DNA of 64,000 bases from Pseudovirgaria hyperparasitica (lineage: Eukaryota): NCBI GenBank assembly GCA_010093815.1, contig ML996575.1, one strand, 5' to 3'. Under the pieces are notes generated by a model. It was given only the letters and a program-made list of their open reading frames with translations. It was not told the DNA's origin and ran no database searches. How positions within the stretch are numbered: position 1 is the stretch's first letter; each line of letters starts with the position of its first letter. A program made the translations under genes and the position numbers. Of this stretch, positions 1-12,500 are shown in pieces.

Positions 1-1502
1 ATATATTAGTACTAATTAGTATAGATCTAAACTAATTAAGTTAGAGTAGAAGTAGAAGTACTAATTACTATAATAATTATATCTAATTCCTTCTACTAGT
101 TCTTATTTAGTATAATATAGAGCTTTATAATATAAGTCTCTAGCCTTTTATTCTAATACTATAAATTCTATATAGCGTGCCTTATAGCTATAAACTTCTC
201 TATAGAAACCTATAGAGTAGCGGGACCTAGGATAGAGAGAGATAGACCGGCGTAGGTATACTAAGAATTATATAAATTAGTAAAAAGATTTAATAATTAG
301 TATAGAACTATATACCTTTAGTATAGAAACTTCTAGATTAGAGCTATCTTCTCTAAATTTATAGCTCTTTAGTATATATAAGAAAGGAACCTTAGTCTTT
401 TTACTAGAACCTTTTCTAGAAATTTTAATATTACTAGTATATAGAAAGAAGTCTAAAGTAGTAGAGATTTTAGTACTATTATAGAGATTAATATATATTA
501 GTAAGAATCTATAATAATTTAAGAAAAATAATATTACCTAGTAATCGCGGTAATAATAGCTATAGTAGATTCTAATAAATTCTTATAGATTATATTAGAA
601 TCGTACTTCTAGATATAATCCTTACCTTAGATATATAGCTTATAGAAAGCCTTCTCTAAGGCGTTATAATTAGTAGTACTATACTTCTTATTAGTAGGGG
701 TTACTAGAGGCCTAGTAGTAATCTATACTAATATAAGTAAATCTATATAAAGTTCTTTAAACTTATTTAAATACCTATAAGTAATAACGCTTCTTAGTTA
801 TATAAGTACTATATATTATAGATTTAGTACTACCGTAAGTAATATATAATAGAAAGTAATAACTATAATAATATATAGCTAGATTATTAGAGCCCGGCCT
901 AGGTTAGAGTAGATTAATAGCTTTTAATATATTAGTAACGTATACGAGATAGGGATTATTTAAAGATATCTATTTCTATACTAATTACTTTAGAGTATTA
1001 AGATTTTAGAAAACTATATTATAATTATTACTAATTTATATAGATTATTATAGATTATTATTATTACTAGCTAAATATAGTATAAAAATTAGTAAATTAT
1101 ATAAATTATACTAAATTATAGTAAATCTATATAAATCTATATCTATAAGGATTAGATAATATATCTAATAATCTAAAAAACTCTATAAAGAGTTAAGAAG
1201 TTTTTTAAAGAAAGGAATATTTCTAAGAAAAGATTTTAATATAGGTAGTACCTAGGCTTATCTAATTATATTACGTAATACGCTAGACCTAATTAGATAA
1301 TCTTACCTATATAAGAATTTAAGATAGATAAAATCTAGTTTATTAGAAAAACGCTTATATAAATCTTAGATTAGTAAATATTAGTAAATATCTAAGATAA
1401 AGTATAGAGAAAGACTAAGATCTTATAAGACTTAGAATAGGGATATAGAGATAGATAATAATCTAGATCGCTAAGGGTAGCTTTCTAAAGGAAGGGGATA
1501 AT
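1..1502. repeat. RIP-degraded AT-rich transposon-derived block (family not identifiable)
   Basis: Very AT-rich, with a great excess of TpA, near absence of CpA/TpG and TAA/TAG in all frames. No ORF of 60 aa or more is listed in the track. This is the classic repeat-induced point mutation signature. Confidence 0.85.
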
Positions 1503-2903
1503 TATTAGAACTTAGCTTTAGATATAATCTAATCTATATATATCTTAGCTAATAGAGTTAGAAGGTAGCGTAAAGGGTAGTAAATAGTTATATACTAGAT
1601 AGATCGGCGTCCCTTTATATATATACTCTTAGATTTCTACTAAAAGGGTTTAGTAGTAATTTATTCTATAATAGAATATACTCTATTATTCTATCTAACT
1701 ATACTACTATCTAATAACTCTATTCTTATAAGTACTTCGTAAAACTAGAATATATAAATATTTTTCTATAGTATAGGGATATTATTCTATAGGTTTTATA
1801 GGTATTATAGTAGTTAAGTAGATGTCTAGTTTAGTCGTTATACTACGTTTCTTAACTTAGATAGTACCTTTCTTTTATATTCTCTATCTATTCTAAGAGT
1901 ATTTAGTATAAATATAGCTAAATATTTCTAGGTTATTATAGATAGTAGCTACGCTTCCTTCTATCTATTCTATTAATTATAGAATTATAAGTCTAGGTAT
2001 TATTCTCTAAATAAAATATATTATACTTTAGTAGAAAAGAGTTAAGGGTTATTAAGGAAGTACTTTTTATAGTCTCTCTTCTAGTCTTTCTACTTCTTTT
2101 AGTTCTTCTCTATAAATATAGTTAGATCTTTAGATTTTAGTATATCTAGAGAAGAAGTAGAGTAAATTAGTAATAAAGTAGCTAGAAGTATAGTAGATTA
2201 TTATAACTCTAATAGTAGATAAACTAATTCTACCTAAATTAGTATAGGAAGTTATCTATCTACTATTATTTAGTATAGTTCTTTAAGAGACTTCTTAAGT
2301 TCTTATCTCTTTATAAGAAGTTTTATATATTCTATCTACTCTTTAAGAGTTTAAATCTCTTAAGTCTAATTTATAATATATTTCTAAAGTTTAGTAATAG
2401 TTTATTATAATACCTTATATAGCTCCGCTATAACTTATTATCTAGCTTTATATTATTAGAAGTTACTTAGTATATCTACTATTTCTTTATCTAAAAGCTC
2501 TATAATTTAGTCTAATATCTCTACTTCTTAGTTAGAAATAGCTAGAATTAATACTAATTATAGAGGATCTCTATTATTTAATATAGTATTACTTATCTCT
2601 ATAGTAGATTATATTAACCTTCTTAGTTCTAGTTAGACTATCTTAACTATAGTATTATATAGAGAGTAATTTAAATATAAGAATAGAGTTATTAGATAGT
2701 AGTATAGTTAGATAGAATAATAGGGTATATTCTATTATAGAATAAATTACTACTAAACCCTTTTAGTAGAAATCTAAGAGTATATATATAAAGGGATACT
2801 AATCTATCTAGTATATAACTATTTACTACCCTTCACGCTACCTCCTAACTATGTTAGCTAAGGTACGTGCGGATCGGGTTATACCTAAGACTAAGTTCTA
2901 ATA
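1503..2903. mobile_element. RIP-mutated DNA element of 1401 bp with 228-bp terminal inverted repeats
   Basis: 1503-1730 aligns without gaps to the reverse complement of 2676-2903 (e.g. TATTAGAACTTAG...AGGGTAGTAAATAGTTATATACTAGATAGAT...TATTCTTATA). Mismatches are almost all C/T or G/A transitions. TA occurs at both ends (possible target-site duplication). Confidence 0.8.
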
Positions 2904-3462
2904 GACCGAGTATAAATTTACTAAAGAAGCGTAGATATACTTTCGAACATTCTCTTTCGCCTTTAATATCGATTATTAGTTCTATATAGTATAAGATACA
3001 TTTTCTTTACCTAAGAGCTTTCGAATGCTACTCGGGTGTGATTACTAGTGTAAGACCTTTGTTTACCACGTTATAGTACATCTCTAGGAATAGTAGGCCA
3101 CGCTAGTAAATAAGACATACAAAGGGAGTGTAGTTTGGTAGAAGTACCAACGCAGATTCAACGAGCGAGAAAGCATGTAAGAGAATGAAAAATTCTAAAG
3201 GCAGCTTTTGATTCTATAAAAACCCTCGTGTCAGGTGTATTGACCTCGTCTAAATGGCCCGTTGAAGCCAATCCTATTTAAATTTGCCATGTTACTTTTT
3301 GTACTGCGTGAAACCCATAACGAATAGACTGTTCGTATATTTTTTAACGAGTTATTCGGCAGAAACGAATGCTACTCGAAGATAGTAAGTGCCGCAATCA
3401 AAGAGTATGGGGCTGGAATGGCCCATGTAAAAACAATTGTGTAATCTATTGTCGTAGCCTCC

Positions 3463-4758
3463 CTAAAACCCCAAATTCAATGGCTTTTCCCCGTCTCGAA
3501 ACAAGTCAATATAGTCAGTTTCTCCGTCTAACAGTTTAGCGAAATTGAGCCTTGTACTCCATCGTACATTTCTCGTGAAAGCTTGCTCGTTATATCCAGT
3601 GTGATCAGACGATACATCGCTGTAACTCGACTTCGCTCCTTTTGTTCGATGATGCTGGAACAGCTGTGGTTGGACGGTTAAGCAAACGCGACTCCTACGG
3701 CCTTCGGAGCCTTCGCAGATCGAGCGAAGTGTCAAGTCTGTAGGGCCATTTATGACGTTCAATCCCATCTCGTATAACAAACGTCTCGCGGAAGACTGCG
3801 ATACTGCATATGCTAAGGAACATGTGTTCACGCGTGCCCTAGAGACGACCCGTGTGTGGTTTGGGTACTCATTTGTCAGGTCGTTGTTTCCAAACTGCAT
3901 CTGGATGTGCTGCTTCTCTGGAACTGTCGTGTCGTTCAGAATCACAACACGACCCAATGGGGTATTTCCGTCGTTCGCCTCAGGGAAGCGACACCCACAA
4001 TGACCGATCCAGAGGACGTCCCAGCGATCGATATCCCCATATGGTGACGTCGACGGCCGTTCTATAGCATGCGAACCAATCTCGAAATTTTGAGGCCTTT
4101 CATTACTTGCTGGCTGCGGGTATGAGGGATCAACGAATTGATCCGTCGTTCCTTGAAGAGGTTGAAGAAGTAGGCTAGACGCCTTCGCGAAGCTCTGCAT
4201 CTGTTCCTTGATTCGTATGTCCCAATCAGCATCATCTTCGAGGATTAACGCTGTTGTGATATTATTCTCGACAATCCTAATTATGGTCAGCTTTACTCGC
4301 GGGGACCTTCGATATAGTTACAGTCTTAATGTGTTCACGTGTGCCCTCAAAGCCCTTAGGGTAGGTTCATCTAGATCAACACCAGCACCCATAGGCGGAC
4401 GGGCTTTTTCATGCACATCCGTGACACCATCTATGTATTCTATATCTAGATCAGTGAGCACTGCCGCCAGCGACATTGCATCACGATGATCTGTTCGGTA
4501 TGGCAGATTGATTGCATAAATTTTTTGAAACTTTGATATGTTTAGCCTGCATCAACCCAGGTAAGACTGACATACTCCTAGGGTTCTATTCAATACATCT
4601 TCCAGTATCCCTACGTCGTGGTCTGTATGATGTAGGCTGGGAGCTAGCAGCGGCGACTGTGGAGCGGCATAGTGAATTGTGTACCCAAATAAAGTCAAAA
4701 GTAGTAAAATCCCAACAGTAATGAGAGTCCTTCTACCTCGAACACTCGAAGGTTGCAT
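3463..4758 (-). CDS. Glycosyltransferase family 25 protein (type II membrane); exons 4758-4576, 4530-4322, 4276-3463
   Basis: N-terminal TM helix. The spliced translation gives NRTLG|FQKIYAINLPYRTDHRD...IVENNITTALILEDDADWDIRIK...WDVLWIGHCG, typical of fungal GT25. Two 45-nt GT-AG introns. Confidence 0.88.
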
Positions 4759-5243
4759 CGGAGAAATGTTAATGAGGAACTGAATTAGAGGAGTATACGA
4801 AGTTAGAGGAAACAAATGCACCGCGCTCGTTCAGCCTCGCTCAGCGCCTTAGCGTGCGCCGCGAGCAAGCCCTTGTTCGAACTCGGCGGCTAATCCACGT
4901 TGATTGGCCGAAATGCCACCCCTTGACATGCGTTTCTGCCTAGTAATTAATTATTTTAAGTTCATGCGGTACCATTCTAGACGTAATAATTAGCCATCCC
5001 AACATACTGCAACACTGCCCTACGCGCCAGCGCTTACAGTATGCTACGTGACATCAGCTATTGAGGCACAGCTGGAGCTATAGGAATTCAAGCAAACAAT
5101 CAACGGAAACCCATGGATATTTGAGATGGCAGCACCTGTGCCGCAACATGTCAAACATTGGTGGCGGCTACTGGAATGACAAAGTGCGAGTGTATCAGTG
5201 TGAGATGTCGAAATAAATCTGTGCTCTGAAATAGAACTGCTAA

Positions 5244-6083
5244 ATGCTCTCTCTCATCACTTTTATTTTTCTTCCAGTATTCATTAATCCAGGGGCGGCT
5301 GGTCTCAACAATAACTTCGTAGGCAGTCTGGAGTGGCCGCTCGGGTCAGCAAAATATACAATGGGCAACGACCCTTGACATCGACCATGTAGCGCTCTAA
5401 CAGCAGCGAAGTCAGGCTACGATTTAAAAAATCTACATTATATTTACCATAGATCCTAAGATGCAAACACCAACTAACTTTCATATCGAAGGTACACAGG
5501 ACCGGGTCGGCACTCGAAACACCACATGGAAAATGCAGACATATAATTCTTCCTTGCAGACTCTCCGGTCTACTTCCTCTGGATCAAGCCGGGGGACATA
5601 GGCAGTGTATCATCTCACTATTTCAACATCACCGAAGCTAAGCTCTCAACTCCTAGCACAAGCACTACCCGCACGCCCACCGCCTCAACAGCATCGACCG
5701 GCACAATGCTATCCACAAGCTCATATGGGGCCTCATCTTCCTCAACCATCCCCTCGTTTCCTTCCACTGTTTCCAGCGCTCTCCCAGGCAGCCCTACGAT
5801 CTCCGACACCGGAATTTCCGATCCAATGAAGGTTGGGCTTGGTGTAGGTCTAGAGCTCGGCGTCCCGCTTGTCCTAGTCGCAGGATTTTGGGTTGGGATG
5901 GTCGCCTTCCAGCGAAGAGGGGCCTCATCTCGTGTTCAATTCACTGATAGTACACAAGAGCCAGCCATCGTGCGATACCTATACCAGGAGAGGCCGCCCT
6001 CTTATGAGTGCTCTCGACCTACACGTATGGATGTGCACGAGCTGCCTGGCGGGGGGTTATGGAGCCCAAGGGAACTCCCTTAA
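5244..6083 (+). pseudogene. Disrupted gene for a Ser/Thr-rich single-pass membrane protein (Mid2-like architecture)
   Basis: Pieces FINPGAAG...WPLGS / NIQWATTLDIDHVAL*QQ / TWKMQTYN / DSPVYFLWIK...SSHYFNIT lead into an S/T-rich linker, a TM (VGLGVGLELGVPLVLVAGFWVG) and ELP motifs. Frame changes near 5352 and 5557; TAA at 5398-5400. Confidence 0.6.
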
Positions 6084-6523
6084 GCACTCCTCGGCTAAGA
6101 GTTTCATACGTAGTTTTTAAAAGACCGACCCATCACGCCAGCAGACAGATTCCATTCACGAATCCATGAAGTCGACGATCTTTGTCAACATCAACGATGA
6201 GATTGGAGAGGTACCACGCGTGATGTGCTACCAGCGAAAGCTTTCTCCATATGACCCATTGCAAGAGACAGAATCTCAGCTTTGCGTAAGCTACGAGATA
6301 TTGAGGCGGGATCCCTCGTCGCGTAATGGTCCGTCAAATCTCGGGGTAGTGTGATGGCGACGAACACTTGGACGATGTAGTCAGACTGAGACACAATCAC
6401 AGCGTGATACGTACAGCAAGGTCTCGAGTCAAAGGCTAGTGTACTTACTTACGCGAAGATCATATCTAGTATCACGAGAGACATTGCCCTAATGCGCAAG
6501 CGAAGTTGACAAGAGGATTATAA

Positions 6524-7830
6524 TCACGAAACCTCCTTCGTGCCCTGCCAGTTTTCATCTCCTATTTCTTTTGGGCTGGGCCACTTGACATCTCCCGCCC
6601 CTAAAAGGTCCGCCAGGCATTCTTTATCACCTCTGAGCTCTATGCGGTGTTTGGCCCATTCCCAGAGACCCCAATGCCATGTCCGCCATTCGGACCGCCT
6701 CGCGGCACACCGAAGATTTGGAGTTATATTGCTTTTCGCCTTCTCTTCTTTATGATCTTCAAGTGAAACCGCACTTGGCCCTTCGATATGTCTCATAAGT
6801 TCAGGGTTGACTGTAAAGCATCGAAAGCCTTCTTTAGTACACGCAAGACGTACCATTACGTCCCACGCCCACGTGACAAGGCTAGGGTGTTGCTGGGAAT
6901 ACCGCTTCAGCATCATTTGCGCCGACGCACGCGTTACACCATAGCCAAATGTACAAAGACTGAGACGCGTCTCGTGGATCATGCGTTTCTTGGGCTTTGG
7001 GAAGTTGACAGTGTTGAAGTGCATTTGTAGGTAGAAGTCGAGAGACTCATGCTCTGGCATGGTCGGATCTTCGAACACCGTGCGGCGCATTCCTTCCTGC
7101 TCTTGAATACCAAAGAAATCGCCGCAGTGTCCAAGCCACAGCACGTCCCATTTGTTCAGGTCCGACCAGTAATGATCGGCGAGTCTCGAGTGGAATAGAG
7201 AGGGAGACGTCGGATCCGCAGTACCCATAAAATGAGCAAATGCGCGAGACGTAAGAGGAATCTGAGTGGTACGCAATGCGACATCCCAGTCGACGTCATC
7301 TTCGATGATAAACGCGGTTTCGAGCTCAGGGTGCGCGAGGAACCATCTCAATGCATTAAGATGGCCCATCCATGCATATATGGCGCCTCTTGTTATATTC
7401 TTGCCATCGGGATCTTGTGGGTCTCGGAAATTGGAGATACTTTCTTCTGTCCATTTTGGTTGAGAGGGAAAGTCAATTGAGAGGCTTGTTATGTTTGCGG
7501 CATAGACGAGATCGTCGCGTCGCGTCGAATTGTTTCTGCCGACAGCTATGATAGCACCGAACTATTAACGTGTCATCAATAATGTTTCTCGCGAAAAAGG
7601 CTGAAGAAGGTAGTGCTTCAGGAAGCTCGAGGACTTGGATTTGTACGTACTCCGAGAGTTTCGTTGGCCGGATGTTTGACGCGGTCGGCTTTCTGAAGGT
7701 GGCGCGGAGCTAGAGCTAAGCCCCTGAAGAATAAGACATTGGATACGTACAGGATTAGACAGGCTGCGACTGCGACAGCAATGTAAAGACGGTGTTGGAG
7801 AAACAACAGCATACCGCCCTTGGGACTCAT
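6524..7830 (-). CDS. Second glycosyltransferase family 25 protein; exons 7830-7651, 7561-6524
   Basis: N-terminal TM; ANETLG|FGAIIAV; WMGHLNALRWFL...ETAFIIEDDVDWD; WDVLWLGHCGD; CTFGYGVT. GT-AG intron 7650-7562. Confidence 0.88.
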
Positions 7831-9579
7831 CGGTCAGCGATCATAGTATGTTATAGGGGTGGCCATTCGCTCGCAGAACAAGAGGGGAGCGATCATCACA
7901 AGATGGCGCCACGACCACCCACCTCGATCATATCGGCCCTTTCCATCCCTCGGCTCCATATTGGCAGTCTCGTGAGACGACTCAATCGGTGATGGGTAAG
8001 GTCTATTGGCATCAACTTCTGCGTCCAGACCAGTGTTGGCTATTAATGAAACGATAGGGTTGAGGTGGGAGTCGCGCTTGTGTTGGCAAAGCCCTAACAC
8101 TACCGCTCGAAAGTGTTTTTTTCTAGGCTTAAGGGTGGCCCAGGAAGTTTTGAAGAGCTAGGACGTGTCTAGGAATTTTGTAATAAAATGGTACTGCTGA
8201 GATCCTTCCACGGTGGTGAAGATGACCGCCGGTAGACGGACGCTGGGAGGTGGTGAGGGTGGCTGGTTCTATTGATGCCTCATTATCATTAGGCAGCAAT
8301 CGAGTGCGACGTCAGCGATTCCCAAGGATTCGTCTCTGCCAGATATTCATATATTTCCTTCTAAATGCTCAACATCGGCTTTCACAGTCCAGCACCAACA
8401 ACATTGGGGCCGAATACAATCCTGTCGGCGTTGTTGTTTCCGCCGTCCCTATCTCTGGGTTTCACCTTCGATTAGTCGGGAGATGGGGTTCTGCAAATTC
8501 ACTTCAATGCAGGCGTACTCGAGCTTGTCGGAAATCTCCGTCAAGCAGTACCAATCGGAGAGATACGGTCGCTTGCTCGAACAATTATAATCTCAGCTGA
8601 GGATTCGCGTTTGCTTGTAGCTATCGTTCGATTGCCCCTATAGCCACAATAGCCGTGAGGTAGAGTGCTTCTTCTCCCTAGCTATGTATAGCTTAGGCAC
8701 TTAAATTTCAATCAATTTAGGATGTGTCTATATTTTGAGTTCCTAGGTAAGTGGCACATAATCCTTGACGTTTCAGTTCATGCTATTGGCTCGATTATAA
8801 GCCTCGGCCTGACTAGGACGGTTTCCTCGACAAGAATATCTTTAGCCATCTTATATAACAAAACAGTGCAGGGCTCAGCGACAGTGACACATCACCAGAC
8901 ACTTTGTGATTTCTGACGGTTCTTGATAGTGCTGCTCGTGTAAGCATACCAGGGCCGCGCACACATTCCCAACCTAATGTGCTTTTTACTTAGCTGTAGC
9001 GTTGTAGCTTGAACGAATACTTAGTCATAAATGACCACTCGATACGAAGTAGGTGGCAAATTCTTGGTATTCTCTAGCTCTACGGGAAGTCCTAGAATGA
9101 ATGCAGATTGGCATCGCTGTCCCAACGTGTCTAAATAATCGAATAGATGTGTAGAAAGAAGTACACTAATCAGATACCACTAGAACAATCTATATATATT
9201 ATAACAGGATTACTTGAGCAAACTAATACATGATAGTGATATATCTTTATCCACTATGAGGAGAATTCCGCTAGCCGTTGGCGAGCGAGCCCAGTACACC
9301 TATCCTCGTAAACAGTATGTCTATAAATGGTACGAGGTCTTTTGCTTCAATACGAGGTCCTATGGACATATCGGTAATTTGTCCGAATCTCAGCCAATTC
9401 CATACGCCACATTCCTTTCGATCTCATCGGTATGCTGTCCTTTTCATGGCTCTGCAGATTGTGCCTCCATTGTAGTCGGTGACTCCACTGTGCAGACGTA
9501 CCATATCAGAGTGGCTCCTTTCCTGCTTCTTCTTTCTTTCAGTTACCTTCCTCTCCAACGTCATTCCTTCAGACTTAAT

Positions 9580-12500
9580 ATGGTATCCCATATGTTCATT
9601 AGTTCCGATATGCAGGCCTTTTGTTTACTTTGGCTAATGAGCCACTACGCTCTCGGCTTCAGTACTGATGTCTTAGGTTTTACTAGCTCGATTGCAAGTC
9701 AACTCGAAAGCCCTCGTGACGGGATCTCGCGTACATTTCCAACCTACGTCCTTTCCTACTCTGCTCAAGGTGTCCGGCCTTCCCAAGGAGCACAAGACCC
9801 TGGAACGGCACCCGTCCTCAGCAGCTCAACTTCAGAGACACTCGACTCTTCCGCGGCCGAATCGCTTCCTCTAAGCTCCACCCTCACTTTGACTTCCTCT
9901 GATCTCCAAAGTACGACTATCTCGACAATCCACACTAGCGCATTGGGTGTGTCACCCAAAACATATGGGAACATTCCCATATCTACCAGCATCTCTTCTT
10001 CGACACGATCAAGCTCACCAACATTGTCCCACCCTGCATCCTTTTCTTTCCATCCTTCGTCTCAACCAGCTCTTAGCCCTTCGAAGTCAGTTAGCATGGT
10101 CACAGAGTCGACTTCATCTGGTCAGCTACCTTCTACTGGCCCGATTGTTGCATCCTCCTCTGCAGTAGACGTATCCCAGACCGATCAAATTTCCACACCA
10201 TTATCTCAGGACACCGCAACATTTCAGGTGCATTTGCCTCTCGTCATTTCCACCAAAATCATGGCAAATGGAGCCACATCTATGGTAATGGTAACAGGAA
10301 CGCCGCCGCTCATCACACCTTCGCCTGGAACGGCTCCTATGGCGGATGATTGGAAGAAGATAGAGACACCTATAGCAGCAGAGATTGATTCAATCACATA
10401 CATGCTTCCGATACACGGCACGAAGAAAGTGAAGCATATTAACAACGATAACAAGCTTCAAGTGATGGAGTTGTCCTTCGGTGAGATCAAAATCTTCACT
10501 GAAGGAGACAAGTCCCCTGTTGTATGGAAAATCCCAAGCGATTTAAGCGGCACTGGCATACTTATCCAGCCTTCCAGCGGGACTGGTTCCGCAATCAGAG
10601 CCCTCCGTGGTTCGAGATCACTGAAAAAACATAAAAGTCTTCTCGATGCTTTCAAGGACCTTACCAGGAGCGCCAGTGATGCCGTCAAGGCTGTCAACAG
10701 TGTTACAGATTCTGCCACAAAGTTCATTGATTCCGGTTTCAAGGACGCAGACGAGGTCTTCAGCTCAATGACAGCTACAATCCAAGAAGTGACTGGCATT
10801 TTGGAGGACACAAGTGGCATGGCAAGTGATTTTGGCATCGAGCTGTCCCAGCTTAGCACTTCTGGCGTTGGCAACATGCCAGCTGCAGGAGCGAAAGTCT
10901 TTGATGCCTATGAGAGCGCCTCTGGCATTATTGACCTGCTGCGCCCACTGGAGAAAATTACAAGGTCTCTAAGAGGCTCACCTGGCTTCAATGGTCCTGG
11001 TACTGATGTAGCTAAACTGTTGTTTGGTAATGTCTTCACCAAAGGAGGTGCAACAGGTGTCGTCAGCTTGACAGTCACTTCTGGCGCTCTTTTGCCATTG
11101 GCGATCATAGAATACGACGAAAATGGTCCAATATCAGGGTCTCTTCCTTCACTTGAAGCCTCACCATCCAGTACAAGTCAAATTGAGGATTCAAAACCAA
11201 AAAAGCAATACTCGATTTCAACCCAAGATGGTACCTCTTTAGCCACTTACCGCGCTTTCTTGGCTACTCTGCCTGATACTATTGTCTACAGCTACGATCA
11301 GACTACTTGGCCACATGTCAATAGACAGCTACTCGGTATCAAACTGACGGATGAACAGGCGAAGGTTGTCCGGAATGTCCCAATCGTTAGAAGCTGTTTC
11401 GAAAGACAGCCAAGTCGAAGGATGATGCTGAGTGAGAATTTCAACAGATATGCGGCCCCAGAGCTGAAAATACCAACGTTCGATTCAAGACGTCTTCGGC
11501 GTGATGGTGCTAGCCCAGTCGATCGTAACGTCCGTTTCATCACTCGCAAGTACGCTCCAGATCATCTGCAGCTCTTATCCCAAGCAAAAAAAGGAGAGCC
11601 GAAGAAACCCGGATACCTATACCACGAAAAACTCGGTCAGGGCGCCACCGTCTATATATTCGACTCTGGGTTTGACCCAGACCACCCCGAGCTAGCTCAG
11701 GGTGAACGCCTGGAAAAGCCCCAGTTCTGGGTGGTGCCGAACCATCTGGCTCTATCAAACGCTCCGGGTAAGAACCCGTCAAAATGGGCACCAGAAGATC
11801 TAACCGACTACTACGGGACGAATCCGGGTGGTCCTAACGGCATGGAAGGTGTGAGAGCTGGATATATCGGGCATGGTGTCTCAGTAGCAGCAGCAGCAGT
11901 TGGAATTGAGAATGGTGTCGCCCCGAAGGCCAACTTGATCGGTATCAAAATCGTCAATGCGCAGCAAATGACCGTCCCTCCAGGTGATCCAAATTTTCCG
12001 CCTGGCGAGCATTACTGCGGTCAGAATCTTGAATGGCACGCGCTCGAGTATGCGCTCGACAAGGCGATTGAAGACGTAATTTTGAATAATCGGCAAGGTA
12101 AAGCAGTCTTTAATTTCAGCTGGTTCTTCCCAGCAGTCGCCGGCGTCCAGAACACTCGCCAAGTCGAGATTGATGCTTTCAATGCGCTTTTTGACGCCAT
12201 GAAGAAGCCTCTTGATGACCTTGGGATATTGGTGACCATAGCAGCTGGAAATGATGCCGATAGCGATGAGGTATCACTACAGAAGATAAATACGATGATA
12301 CCATCGAATCTGGAGACCGAGGACAGTGCATACCTAGTCGTAGGAGGCGTGGACAACGAAGGTCGCGTGCTAAACTGGGCCAGCGTTGCAGACTACCGGT
12401 CGAGAGATCCGCAGATCCGGATCTACGCTCAAGCCTCCGAGCTGATGCTTGGTTGGTCAGGTCGCGAGTTTGATGGCACCCCTATGGGTGGGTACACGTT

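Noticed and set aside
3022..3378. 13-bp direct repeat CGAATGCTACTCG (3022, 3366) as a TSD
   Set aside because: No terminal repeats or poly(A) between the copies; one such match is plausible by chance in 64 kb.
9214..9579. First 122 aa of the 1189-aa ORF
   Set aside because: It starts at TTG and precedes the signal-peptide-like segment; more likely leader or promoter.
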